Positions 50,593-64,000 of a stretch of DNA of 64,000 nt are shown here, piece after piece. This stretch comes from Schmidtea polychroa (lineage: Eukaryota). Each line of letters begins with the position of its first letter. The first letter of the stretch is position 1. The notes below the pieces were generated by a model. That model did no database searches. It saw nothing but the letters and a program-made list of their open reading frames with translations, and was not told the origin of the DNA. The stretch lies in the NCBI GenBank assembly GCA_044892525.1, contig CM097886.1, forward strand, positions 132,556,001 to 132,620,000, read 5' to 3'. Position numbers and translations under genes: made by a program.

Positions 50593-51161
50593 TTAATTAC
50601 AATGCAACGAATGGATTTGGCTGATATCAACAGTGGGCTTACCAGCAATCGGTTTGCCTTGCTTATCAGAACAGAAGCAAACTAATCGCTTGCATTGAAC
50701 GGAATTATAACTTCCATTGGATTTGCAATAAAACATTTTCCCCATCAACCCAGTCAAAAAGTAATCATTTTGATCTCTGGCGCATTCTATAAAATTATAA
50801 AAATATTAGCATAAGGTTAAAAATGTGATTAAAAAAATGTACTGCAATCCATATTTACAAATTCATTAATATGTGCTGCATAATTTCGAATATTTATTCC
50901 TTCTCTATCAACGCAAAAGCATTTGGAACCGGTACACTGAACTGGTAGAAAATCACCATTTAAATCACACCTAGGAATCGGTGTACCTACAAGTCGATGT
51001 TTTCGAGCTTTATCTAATTTCTGAAGCAAATGTCACAACTATAAATTATGAAAACACAATTACAATAAAACATTGTGTGTTTAACGGATTTTCCACGCAT
51101 TTATTTCCTATACATACCAAGTCATTATTACAATAAGACGAATCCTGGCAAGCATCATAAA
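50593..51161 (-). CDS. Protein with two thyroglobulin type-1 repeats (exons 51161-51064, 51020-50843, 50786-50593; 5' exons unresolved)
   Basis: In-frame GT-AG introns of 43 and 56 nt; ..NTQCF..IPRCDLNGDFLPVQCTGSKCFCVDREG..DCKCARDQ..CKSNGSYNSVQCKRLVCFCSDKQG..LHCN*. Confidence 0.85.
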
Positions 51162-52159
51162 CTTTAATAATTAACAAAAAAGTTAGAATTGTAATTAAAC
51201 CAAACATTGTTTCTTTCATTATTTTTGTTATTGATAAACACTAAAGAAATAACTGCAATTACTAAACTCAGTTAGTATTGTAAATTATTGCCAAATTTTT
51301 GAATTAAAAGTAAAATAAGATATATTATTTTTGAATAATTAAAACACAATGCTATATGAAAAATTAAATATTTGTTAAAAGAAAATTTACACTTTGAATT
51401 AATTAACTTTTTCGAACTTTTCGACATCATGTAAACCATATGCTTAGATTGCACATTCCTGTCATAAAAATAAATTATTTACATTCTAAGAAGTTAGACT
51501 ACGTTGAATCTTTCATGGTAAACTTTAGAAATGTTTTCTACTTTTATTTTCGCGTCATCATTATTTTCATCCTAACTTGAGACCGCTCATACTGGACTAT
51601 CGAAGGACACTGCTAGCCTATGTCACATTATTTAACAGCGCTCACACATCACATCCAAACCTCACTCCTCGTCGTCGATTCAAACGATCCTTTTTACCAG
51701 ACAAAAATTGGAAATAAACTGTTCATCACACAACCTATTTGAAATACACTCACTTCCATCTCACGGGTTTCTGATCCTTCACTGAAAGAACAGATATCTT
51801 TCTTGACAAAGCTGTGGTCGCTATAATATTTTTTTTCACAAAAAATTCATCTGAAGCTAGAACATGTCACAACATTATACTTCACTACCTTGTCAAGTCA
51901 AATCAGGAAAAAAATTAATTTTCACTGTTAATGTCACGGAAAAAGATTTTATAGTGATTACGGAACCAGGTATGAAAATGACAGAAAACTTGGCATTAAC
52001 TTGGAAATCAAGTAAAATGAATTTATTAAACAGGAAATAACGAAGTAGATTAAAAATTAATTAATTAATATACAAATCAATTTAATTAATACTTCATTGA
52101 ATCATTGAATTTTCTTTTATTATTTTATTATCTTAGATAATTTATTATAAATTTGTTTT

Positions 52160-52915
52160 AAATCTTCCTAAGGGTGCCAAATTCCCACCCGGAGTTATTG
52201 TTCAAGCACATCCTAAAGGATGGATGGATAAGAAAGGAACAATTTTGGATAAGAAACGTCTGGAACAAAAGGCCGGGAGGGATGCTCAATAAGAGATCAA
52301 TGTTGGTGTGGGGCATGTTCCGTGCTCATCTTACAGATGGTTGTAAGAAAAGAGCAGCTGACCTTAAAACCGACCTTGCTGTTATTACAGGAGGCCTAAT
52401 ATCTGTTCTCCAGCGATTGGATGTCTGTCTCAACAAACCTTTTAAAGATCGAATGGATGAGTTACTGTTCAACAACTCTCACTAAAAGTGTCAATTTACA
52501 GAAACCCGGCATAACTCTTGTAGCTGATTAGGTTGATGAGGCTTGGAAATCGATCCCAGAAGAAATGACCAAATATTCATTATTCAATGCTATGGATGGA
52601 ACTGGAGATGATGCTTTGTTCGTAGACGATTCTGATGATCAGGCAGATGTCGAAGTTTACTCTGAAGATAATGATCACACAGATATTTCAGAAGAGGTCT
52701 ACAATGAACTTTTTGACGACTAATCAAACAATCACAATTTATTCATCCTATTAAAAATATTTTATGTCATTATTTTTCAATAAAATTTTTCAATGTTTTT
52801 GTTTAATTTTTTACTTCGACTTATACCCGGGTTTCCAATTTAGGACTTAAGAACCTCTTAAAATTTCCACTTCGACTTATACGCGGGGTCGACTTATACG
52901 CGAGTATTTACGTAA
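52160..52915 (+). mobile_element. pogo (POGK-like) 3' remnant with terminus
   Basis: WNKRPGG, FRAHLTD, LQRLDVCLNKPFKDRM; terminal cgacttatacgcg repeats. Confidence 0.8.
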
Positions 52916-54511
52916 TCTTATTGCAGATTTATATTAAATTGCAAATACATTATTAAATTAATTAAATTAAAATACCCTCAGTCTGCTATAGATTTCCCTA
53001 TAAAATTAGTGTGTAATTTTATGAATTGTTATTCCGTCTTCAGCAGCTAATCTTGAAACAATTTCACTTAATGAAATTCATCAAAGTTTTTCTTTGATTT
53101 TTTTGGAGCTTGCATCACCAAAAAGAGATTCATAATTATCTCGTTTACAATTGATTTTTTGTACCAGTTTCAGATGGTTTAATATTGCACTCGAGCTTCC
53201 ATCACTATTTGAAATAAAAACCATACACTTTAAACACTGAGCCTTTTTTATTTCAATATTTTTATTGGTAGACGGAATTTATTTTAAATATTCCCAAACA
53301 GGAAGTACCCTTGCCATCCCAAAGGGCCCCAACCTCTCGGACATGTATCTATTATATTCTATATCAAGCACGGCTTATAAGAGAAAAGATCGAAACATAA
53401 AAAAATTTAAAACACAAATTTACTAATATTTATTAAAAATCAACAAAAAAAATATAACATTAAAACGTGATTAATTTTCATCACTTAATCACTTAATTGA
53501 CATTTTACATTTTTTTGCTGAATACACATAGAGTCTGAGACGATTTTCATTTTTGTGAGATAAGTCTAACTATATATTCATCGTTAATTTAAATTTGTAT
53601 GCTATATTTATAATAAATTGTTAAACATACATGGCAATGATTTAATCATAAGAAAACGCCACACAAACATCCTTTTCACGATATATTTCGACAGTTTCCT
53701 TGTCATCACCAGGTAGGATATAATAACTATATAAATTAATGATTTTAAAAAATTTATAAATTTTATTAATTATATAATTATAGAAATTTTTTTTAATAAA
53801 AACATTTCATTCTTTTTAAAAATGAATGAACTTAAAAGAAAAGAACTAGACATTTGTTTTCTTGAGACTTTTCTAAAAGAAAAGGTAATTCCTTCGTTCA
53901 TTTTTAAAATGAAACTTAGTCATTGTCTTTCAAGTAAAATAGAATAAAAAAAACAAGAATTAATGCACAAAAACCAACTAAAATATAACAGACACAAAAT
54001 AGATGTAAGCAAATTTGAATTAATGGTGATAAGAGAAAGTAGAGATGAAAATTATAAAGATTTCCACAAAATATCATCAGAAAACGAATTATGGATAAAA
54101 CTATAATAGAAATGATCAGAAAAGATAGAATATTCTATAAAAATAGCGAAATCCATCATGGCCACCGAGTAGCTAGTGGAAATTAATGAAAAGATGAAAA
54201 TTTAAGAATTAAATTATCACAAGGCTAAAATAAAATAACAAGAATTAAAATAAATATGAATTATTTAATAAAATCATTAGGCAGCATAGAATATTCTAGA
54301 AAAGGACTTAATTCATCATGACAGTGAAATTAATCAGAAATAAATGAAACATGAAGATTATAAAATAAAATTAATCATAATTTATAAAAACTCGCCATCA
54401 AAATCGACAAAAATTAGAATTCAAAATTAAGTAGAATTTAATTAATTCAAATTTTCTTTACTGAATCAATGCACACACTAAAACTCACACACCAAAATAC
54501 GACTATATATA

Positions 54512-54710
54512 CAAGGGTAATCAAATTTTTCCGTACACTTGATTTACTTAAATCCGTTGCAATAAATTAAAGTTTTATTATTTAATTAAGCAATATGGTA
54601 TAAGTGTGTTTGTTTTAATATACAATTTTAGTATAAAGTAAAGTAGTTTCTTTAATTTCATAAATTTACTTTTTATAAAATCATATTTTTCCATACAAAT
54701 TCAACTTTAG

Positions 54711-54773
<63 letters not shown>

Positions 54774-55819
54774 ACATGTAAATGGTTAGCTGTTTTATAC
54801 ATATTATATACTTTTTAATTGTATTATCTTAAATAGCTTAAAATAACATTAAGAAAGTACATTTATGAGGATTATGAAGGTGGTGTGTCATACGGAGGTG
54901 TTTCAAATAAATACCATGTTGCAAGATCATCCGTACAATATTTTATCCAAAATTGGACAAAAATAAAAAGGAAAAGAGGACCAAAGCCGAAGATTTCAAA
55001 GTGTGAAGTAAGGCATATGAAAACCGAGTTAGAACACTTTTTTAAGTTAAATTAGAAATACACTGCTCGAGATTTAAAGCAGAAATTAACTATTCTGGAT
55101 TCTTTATCAGCAGTTCATAGAACTTTGAAGGTACTTTAAGTATGCATATACAGATATACTACGAAAATTTAATCTAAATAAAAAGGTCAAAGAAAAGAGA
55201 GTCAATGCAAGCAATGGTTAATAAATGGAGTTAACTGGCAAATTAACAGACGAAAAGATATTTACCTTGAATGGTTGTGATAGTTATAAATGTTGAATAG
55301 AAAAAGGAAGATCTCCAAAAATAATAAAGAAAGTATTAAAATCTCCTGGTCTTATGGTTTGGGGTATAGTCTTTGCAAACGGATTAGTGTCTTCTAAAAT
55401 CATGAAAGGTCGTCAATCATCATTGAAATATATAGAAATTCTTAAAAAATTTGCAATTCCATTAATTAAACTTAATTTTGAAAATGAAATGACTTTTCAA
55501 CAAGACAACGCCCCAATTTATGTGTCTAAAGAGTCGATAAAATTTATCCAAAGTAGAAATATCAATTGATTGTCATGGCCACCGTACAGTCCTGATTTAA
55601 ACTTAATCGAAAATATTTGGTATCTTTTGTCGATTAAGGCCCAACCATTAAATCAATTATGGAGTTAAATGATCGCATCAAATGCGTCGTACATGAATTT
55701 AATGAAGAAAATAGAGAAGTCATCAAGAATTTATATAAATCCATGCCTTCTAGACTGGTTTCAGTAATTGTTAAAAGAGGAGAACGCATAAACTATTAAA
55801 TGTACGGAAAAATTTGATT
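54512..55819 (+). mobile_element. Degenerate Tc1 transposon
   Basis: Inverted aatcaaatttttccgtaca at 54519-37 and 55801-19; MVWG, FQQDNAPIY, WPPYSPDLNLIENIW; many stops. Confidence 0.85.
54715..54772. repeat. (TA)n(TG)n microsatellite
   Basis: Directly visible. Confidence 0.95.
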
Positions 55820-57689
55820 TTATATAAATATGCATTATTGTATCGTATTTGATTAATAATTGGGTTTGCCTCATTGTGTGGAGTACTTTAAGTTTAGAAT
55901 TAGAGAGATAAAATTATAAAATAAAAACTTATGGAAGTCTTATTTTTAAATATTTTTTAGGTGTAAGTAAAAATATGATTATTCCTGTATACCAACGCAT
56001 TTCAGTCACAATTTTATCGTTTTGTGAGTGATTTTGTGAATTACATTTGTGAACCAAATTTGTGGATCAATTTTTGTTAGTCAAATTTACTATCTGTACC
56101 CATTTGTAAGAATTTGATTGACTTGAAGTAAGGATTTTTGTTTATTGTGTAATCATATTATGATTGAATTACGTCATTGAATAGAGTTTGGTTCTAATAA
56201 AATGTTTTTTACTCTTCTTAGAACGAATTGTTTTCAACTATGTATGATACAAACCTTTTTTGGTCTACAGCCACTTTGTATGAAACGTGGTAGTTGCACT
56301 ACTCCATTTATTTGGAGTAGTTTTATTACGTTTTTTATCGGTAATCTTCCTGTAGCCTGTGTGGACGACGGCTAGAGACTGGCGTTGTCTACATGGGGTA
56401 CACCCATACGGATCCGCACTATGCTTGCAAATGGTAAGCCACGTATCGTAGGATACTACGGGTTGGGGGTAAAATCAATATACGGAGATCGGGAACTGCG
56501 ACAAGCTTTTGGTTTGTTCGCCGTTCCAAAGCTCAATAACATTAAGAGCTCGTCACACTAGAATTAAGTGGGCCTATGGGCGAGTAATTTTTCATTTTGT
56601 AATTTAACAGCATGTAGACAAAAGAACTAATTTTATATCTCATCTACATTTTTTCATTTTTATAGGACACTAAGAGCTCGTTCCTCTAATGCCCAGTGGC
56701 CTAAGAGTAACGAAGAATTAAATTACTTTAGACTCAAATTCCTAATAGAATGCAATAAAAACAAAAGAGTGGTACCGATACTGTAAATCGAAGTCACAGG
56801 TCAGATCATCGTGCTTAAATGAATAAAATAAGGTCAAAATTTTCAAAACATCAATTTTTACTTTAACTTTAAAGAAATATATGAATAAAATAAGTCCGGA
56901 TTCATGCCAAAATTTCAAAACTCAATTTTAACTTTACTTTCAAGGATGCCAATATCTCAATGGGTTCAACTTGTTCATGACTCACATTACTGATAGTCAC
57001 TTTAACACTTTGTCGATATAGTAAAAACTTGGGTATTGTGTGCTCGTGTTTTAAATTTGAGTGCATTTGTGAAAGATTTCCAGTGGGTTAACATCAACTC
57101 ACACCATAGCAGGAGGAATAAGTCATTTGGAAGCAGATTTTCCAAGGTTCGCGTCATTGAATCATAGAGTAAAGGGACCTAAATGAAGTCGGGCACAGGC
57201 CTTCTATCGATAGCCCTTGAACCCATTCGAATGCTTGACGAGTATTTTCCATGTAATACATTATCAAAGTTGATCACTGAATAAGTGTCGGATGGTTAAA
57301 CAAGTCATTGTATCTTGGGTTGTGTCAGAAATGACACAAACGGTTAAAATATTGATTATCTGCGACCCACCAATAGTATTTGTATCATTGTTCAATGTTG
57401 ACATCACACAGAATATGAAATTACGATTTCTAATTCTCCAAGTTTTAATGTTTTTTGGCAGTATGTTTTAATAATAAATTTTGGAAAATCTTTTGAATAT
57501 TTTAAACTAATAATTATAAATATATATAAGAATTTCAATAATCTTAATAAGTTACTTGCTCACAAATCAAATTATTTGTGAATAAAGGATTTTGAGCGAA
57601 ATTGTAATTATTTTTATTGAAATTTGCTGACTATAAACATTTTTGTGTTGGGTATTGTTCTTTGCTAGCTGAGACAACGGGCTTTAATT

Positions 57690-60600
57690 TTACTTCATCT
57701 GCCATGCAAACCAACACAACGGTAAAATGTGTTCTTTCATGTCCTGTTGTTTTGATCATTATTGTTTTTGCTCCAACTGAGTCAACTGTTTAATTTCCAG
57801 GCAAATCAAAGGTCATTGGAGTTTCATCCATATTTCCAATTTGTGAAAGATTATATCCATGTTTTTTCTTAGATTAATGACAAAAGAATGAAAGGCAAAC
57901 AATTTGTCTTCCAACACAGTTGGAAGTTTCTGTGCAATCTTTGTTCTCTGCCTGTGTTAATGAATTCCGATTCATAAACCTTGTACACCATCCAGGTGAT
58001 GCTTTGAATGTTGTAATATTAGAGTGGTCTTGATACTTATCACTTTTTTTTAATTGAAGGGCACGAAACCGAATGGATCCTCTTGTGACTATAAATCCAT
58101 TTTGGCGTTGCTCTAAAACCCATTCGTTGATTTCTGTTTCTAAACCCAAAAATGATGGGATACCTCCTCGTCTTGCACGTTTTGTTTTTGGTATTTCAGT
58201 AAGATAACTTTTATTTTTTCTCCAATCTAGCACAAACTTCTTAATATATGGAATATAAATCCCGACGTTTTTGAAATCCCGGGATCCCGAAATTTAATTA
58301 ACCTTTTCTGATATCTGACCACATATTGTATCCCGCCTATGACATTTTGTGGATGGTTCGCTCTTTCTTCACTTTTATTATTTTTGAGTAAATATTATGA
58401 AGACAATGCCACTATATCAGTCTACTTATAAATAAAATAGTACATGAATAAGGTTTCTAACAAATCTTATAATGAAAATTTATAAAGGATTTTGACAAGG
58501 TATGTAATTTTATTATGTTAAAAATGAAACATTTTAATTAATTTTAATAAAATAAGCCTTCAATAAACACAGTTTTGATAATGTATCATCTTCGAGACGT
58601 GATCTGATTTTTCTGAGGAATGAACCTCCAGTAGAAAACGTTCTCTCGGCCTCTACACTGGTGGGAGGAACATCTCATCAATGCTTTGTGAAGAATTTCG
58701 AAAACTTTTCCACGTTGGCCAACAGTTCTAAGTAACTAGAGCTCCCTTTGAATTGTTAAATTCATAAGATTCGCACTGGTTGATGACATCTTTTGATGAA
58801 CAACATGGTTATCTGTGCTCTTTTTCAAAGCAATGCGCAGACGTTCTACCATGCTGTTTTGGATTGTTGATGGTGGCGAATTCAGAGGCACTATAGGTGA
58901 CAAAAAATCGGTTTCAGCTCCAACTACTGTGACATTAAGTCATTGCGCCAAGTTGAGCAATGTTACTTTCATCATTTTGACTTCGTTAACCGAATCCATA
59001 TTGCCACCATTGGAAAGGCATATAGCCGCAGAGGAAAGCAAACTATGTCTCTCCTTCTTGCTTCCTTCAAACTCAATTCAAGTTGGAACCCCAGGGTACT
59101 GTTTTGCGATTGAAGCTTTTCGATTGCAAACTTCACAGCAGTTTCGGCCATAACTAAGGTACATCTCTGTCCAGAAAGGGTTTTCACAACCAGCTCCAGT
59201 GGTTTCAGGGCAGTCGTGATTTCCTGCACCGTTCGAATTTCATCGTTTGTAAGTTGAATCTCCAGGCATAAGTAGGCCAACGTCTTTTTCACTGGCTCTT
59301 TAATCTCTAGAAATCTCCTAGCATTGCAATTAAGGAATTCAATCTTGTTTTGACGTCTAAAACAAGGCATAGCTCTTTCCCAAGTTCTTCTTTGACAAAT
59401 CTTTACAACAAATCATTCTTCACAGGACTTCTACGAATCAGCTTCACGATGTTACGTACTTTTTTGATGACAGAATTTAAAGAGCCAATATCAAATTCAT
59501 TGGTGACTTCAACATCACTGCACACATCAAAACCGGCATCTTCAACGTCGTCGATAGAATTCCAGTCGTCATTAGATTGGCTACTTTCACTCTGCTCTGG
59601 TTCTAGTGTTTTTTGATGATGTTTTTTTGAGGTATAGAACATCGCAAACTGCTAAATGGACTCCATGGGCATAACAAAGCTGGTGTTCGCAGTTCATCAA
59701 CTTTCCAAATTTTGCCATGACTGAAGCAGCATCAGTTGTACAGCAGATAACATCTATTTTAATGTCCAGACCAAATACAGATGCTCTTTGAACAACCATT
59801 TCTTTGCATAATTCAGCAGTCATCGATCCTTTGATACAAGTGAGCCCTAGATGATGGACTGTTCTGTCCGACATATGAACATTGATGTTTGCATATCGCT
59901 TGTTGTTGACACCAGTCCATTCATCTACTGTAAAAGAGAATTTTTTACCTTGCTGACGTCGTCGATGCAAATCCTCCTTTATTTGCAGTTCAATTTTCGA
60001 AGCGTAGTCCTTTACCTTCTGTCTAATCGTCACAGCCGATAGGAGAACGTCCAATCCTCTTACTGCTAGTCCGGCCCGAATATCCTTCGAGGTTATGAAA
60101 ACCTTGAATGGGAGTCCGTCTTTAGCTGTCATGCGTGCTAGAATTTCATCAAGGGATGGCTTGGAAACTGAAAAATATTCAGTGATTACTGATAGTTTTC
60201 GCTTCTTGCAGTCGGGCTCCTCCGAAACCTCGCGTTGAGAATGTGTGCCTACATTCGTTTTCAAGTCAATTTGGTGAATGGTTCTAAGATGAGTTAAGAG
60301 GCCTTTGGTGGATCCACCTTTCGTGTTAATCTTTTTGAAGCACTTCGTCCCTGTTTTCTTTGACAATGTATTGTCAAGTTTTTGACATGGAGGGCTGATA
60401 TAGAATTTAAAATGTTAAAAATTACGTAAAATGAAATTATAAAATTCTTGGTAATTTACTTGGTAAAAATAAAAATCGAAGCGAAAAACCAAGGAAAGTG
60501 TTAAATAAAACAACCCCACACTTAAAATTTCAATGAAACCAAACCTTTATATAAATTAAGATGAGGTGTAGGGTGATTTTCGGTATAATAAAAGTCTTTG

Positions 60601-61283
60601 ATTATTCAATGATTAACAATATATTTAAATTATATTGTTAAAGCTTGTTTATTAAATCCCATATAAAATAACGAAATATAATTATTTATTTCAAACTAAA
60701 TTATGTATATTATTTTAATTAAACAATATTAAATTCGATCCCGGGATTAAATGTTTTAAATCCCGGGATTGGAATGGCATGAGAAATAACTGAATCCCGG
60801 GATTGTAAACCCTACATCTCACTAATGTTGTTTTCTCTGGCAGCTTTTGAGTTACCGTTTTTCTCAGCCAGCTCCACAACTCGTAATTTAAATCTAGCTT
60901 CGTATGAATCACGATTTTGTTTCACTTTTTAACAACTGAGGGTTTTCTTTTTCAACTTAAGAATTCAAATGAATTGATAAAATGAATTGTTAATCAATTG
61001 AATAATTGTATATTACTGTTTTGAACTGTTGCAAACCTATCGGTTTTTAAATAACATTTCTTAATAAATGCTTTTTGGCTTAATACGTTAATTCAAAATT
61101 AATTTAATTATAATGAAATAATCCATTTTCAATTACTGGTATATAATTTTATATAAATAAATCTGATTAAAAAAAACATGAAAAATTAATTTAATTTTTT
61201 ATTGATCCGCGTATAAGTCGAAGTGGCTATTTTGACTTGAAAATTTGACGTAAATTTCTCGACTTAAACTCGAGTATATACGG
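57690..61283 (-). mobile_element. pogo 5' half (57690-58245 plus 60815-61283) split by a hAT insertion
   Basis: Terminus at 61283 (TA flank); SYEARFKLRVVELAEKNGNSKAAREN resumes as LDWRK...FKASPGWCTRFM and NMDETPMTFD, TTGHE beyond the insert. Confidence 0.8.
58258..60814 (-). mobile_element. hAT (ZBED1/4-like) element with frameshifted transposase
   Basis: TIR tagggtttacaatcccgggatt at 60814 and aatcccggga repeats at both ends; BED finger remnant (STKGLLTHL), TVDEWT, TDAASVM, CYAHGVHLAV, PPTSVEAERTFS. Confidence 0.88.
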
Positions 61284-61839
61284 TATATAATTATGATAAT
61301 ATTTTATATCAATTTTATATTAAAAATTTGTAAATCTATTCGAATTATTATTTAACGCATATCAGAAATGATCACTTAATATATCGCAATTTTATATGTG
61401 GAGCAAAATCATGACAACTCCGGTATATGACATAATGAAAGATGTCGCAGTGTCTTCATTTGCCTTCTCGCATGCATCATAAAAGATTTGAGCAACTATT
61501 ACGTAAAATCATTCACTTTTATATTCAATTTTATATTCAAGGGTCTATAGATAGATCAAGGGATAAATTATTAAATTAATTAAATTAGAATAAATTCATA
61601 AAATAAAATAAAAATTTAAAAATTTAAAATTATTTTTAGCCATTAAAACCACTTGAAAATATAATATTTTAAATTTTACTTACTATTTAAAATAAAATTT
61701 AATTAATTATTAAAATACAAACTTGATAAAGGCTGGGCCAAAACATTGCACTTTTTAAATTGTTGATCTATATTACAATGAAAATTATTGAATTAAAAAA
61801 AATATCCAAGATGAAATCAGAATCAAAAAAATATGTCAA

Positions 61840-63030
61840 ATTCATATTCAATTATATATTCAGTTATATATTTAATTATATATTTAATTATATATCCAAT
61901 TATATATTCAGTTATATATTTAATTATATGTTAAATTATAAATTCAGTTATATATTTAATTATATGTTAAATTATAAATTCAGTTATATATTTAATTATA
62001 TGTTAAATTATATATTCAGTTATATATTTAATTATATGTTAAATTATATATTCAGTTATATATTTAATTATATGTTAAATTATAAATTCAGTTATATATT
62101 TAATTATGAGTTAAATTATATATTCAGTTATATATTTAATTATATTTTAAATTATATATTCAGTTATATATTTAATTATATTTTAAATTATATATTCAGT
62201 TATATATTTAATTATATGTTAAATTATATATTCAGTTATATCTTTAATTATATGTTAAATTATAAATTTAGTTATATATTTAATTATGAGTTAAATGACA
62301 CATTCAGTTATATATTTAATTATATGTTAAATTATATATTCAGCTATATATTAAATTGTATATTCAATAATATATTCAATATTATATTCAATTATACATT
62401 CAATTATATATTCAGTTATAATTTAAATTGTATATTCAATAATATATTCAATTATTATATATTATATGTTAAATTATAAATTCAGTTATATATTTAATTA
62501 TGAGTTAAATTATATATTCAGTTATATATTTAATTATATGTTAAATTATATATTCAGTTATATATTTAATTATGAGTTAAATTATAAATTCAGTTATATA
62601 TTTANNNNNNNNNNNNNNNNNNNNNNNNNNNNNNNNNNNNNNNNNNNNNNNNNNNNNNNNNNNNNNNNNNNNNNNNNNNNNNNNNNNNNNNNNNNNNNNN
62701 NNNNNNNNNNNNNNNNNNNNNNNNNNNNNNNNNNNNNNNNNNNNNNNNNNNNNNNNNNNNNNNNNNNNNNNNNNNNNNNNNNNNNNNNNNNNNNNNNNNA
62801 ATATTATATTCAATTATACATTCAATTATATATTCAGTTATAATTTAAATTGTATATTCAATAATATATTCAATTATACATTCAATTATATATTCAGTTA
62901 TATATTAAATTGTATATTCAATTAATTAATATAAATTAATTGTATATTTAATAATATATTCAATTACATATTCGATGGTATATTCAATTATATATTCAAT
63001 TATATATTAACTTATATATTCAATGATATA
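61840..63030. repeat. AT-rich 12-bp minisatellite with 36-bp higher-order unit
   Basis: Cyclic tatattcagtta / tatatttaatta / tatgttaaatta; spans an assembly gap. Confidence 0.92.
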
Positions 63031-63622
63031 TTTAAATTAAATTATTTATTTAAAAAACTGGCATTAAATAAAATAAAATTCTAATTGTGATGATTTTGAA
63101 GAAATTGGGCGGTAAGTTAAAGAATATCCTTATCCTTATCCGATATCCGCGAATATCCAGACTCATAGGTATACTGGTAATAGAATAGTAATAGAAGCTC
63201 GGGTACAATGTTAAACCATCTGAAACTGGTACACAAAATCAATTGTAAACGGGATAATTTTTAATCTCCTTTTGAGGAGGCAAGCTCCAAAAAAATCAAA
63301 GGAAAAACTTTGAATGAAATTGTTTCAAGATTAGCTGCTGAAGATACAATAACAATTCGTACAATTACGCACTAATGTTATAGGGAAATCTATCGTGAGG
63401 GTATTTTAATTTAATAATGTATTTGCAATTTAATATAAATCTGCAATAAGATTATTTATTATAATATATAAAACATCNNNNNNNNNNNNNNNNNNNNNNN
63501 NNNNNNNNNNNNNNNNNNNNNNNNNNNNNNNNNNNNNNNNNNNNNNNNNNNNNNNNNNNNNNNNNNNNNNNNNNNNNNNNNNNNNNNNNNNNNNNNNNNN
63601 NNNNNNNNNNNNNNNNNNNNNN

Positions 63623-63720
63623 ATGTATTACTGATTTATAGTCTTCAAACTCTCTTTTTAATTCAATGGATAAAATAATCAGTGGTGAAATTGGAAGAAA
63701 TAAAAGTTCTTATAATATTA
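63623..63720 (+). repeat. Palindromic dispersed repeat, copy 3 (right arm and tail)
   Basis: tattactgatttatagtcttcaa..ctcttttta...aataatcagtggtgaaattggaa matches 40219-40312. Confidence 0.8.
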
Positions 63721-63781
63721 TTATTATTATTATTATTGTTTTAAATAATAAATGCTGCTACCAAGAAATCATCATTTTATA

Positions 63782-63845
<64 letters not shown>
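63714..63845. repeat. (ATT)n microsatellite tracts
   Basis: Directly visible. Confidence 0.9.
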
Positions 63846-64000
63846 ATTATATTAAAAATAAAATCATAATAAAAGTAACGTCTTATTTGTGAGGTGTTTT
63901 CAGCTGAGAATTAAATATTTCAATGATTTATTAAAATAATTTTAAATGATAAATAATTGATTATTTAAAAAAAATTTTAAAATAATTTTTAAATTAAAAA

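Noticed and set aside
61760-62843. 239-aa and 125-aa ORFs
   Set aside because: Translations of the minisatellite (YIFNY repeats).
1-64000. CRISPR arrays, tRNA or rRNA genes
   Set aside because: None seen; tandem repeats have no unique spacers and the context is eukaryotic.

Overview
Very AT-rich, transposon-saturated eukaryotic (almost certainly animal) scaffold segment with four N-gaps and short GT-AG introns (43-90 nt); the taxon cannot be fixed from sequence alone. The only firmly recognisable housekeeping gene is SNF8/VPS22 (5635-6369, minus). Other host-like genes: a 150-aa spliced orphan beside SNF8, three small four-TM paralogs (25.8-29.1 kb), two Cys-rich two-domain surface-protein paralogs (29.8 and 33.8 kb) and a spliced gene with two thyroglobulin type-1 repeats (50.6-51.2 kb). 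Mobile DNA includes an R2-superfamily RLE retrotransposon (NeSL/Utopia-like), an intact Tc1/IS630 element nested in a piggyBac-type MITE, pogo, hAT, Merlin and MULE-type remnants and several MITEs. The least explained region is 9.2-23 kb, which holds two families I cannot assign. (i) A GC-rich coiled-coil protein family with an 'EGTWFSP' signature (four copies, strong synonymous bias); the two tandem copies are each followed by a conserved, structured ~350-nt non-coding module. (ii) Two diverged copies of a ~2.5-kb element whose three hairpins are kept by compensatory changes, overlapping a decayed antisense, membrane-protein-like frame. All alignments, counts and folds were done by eye.
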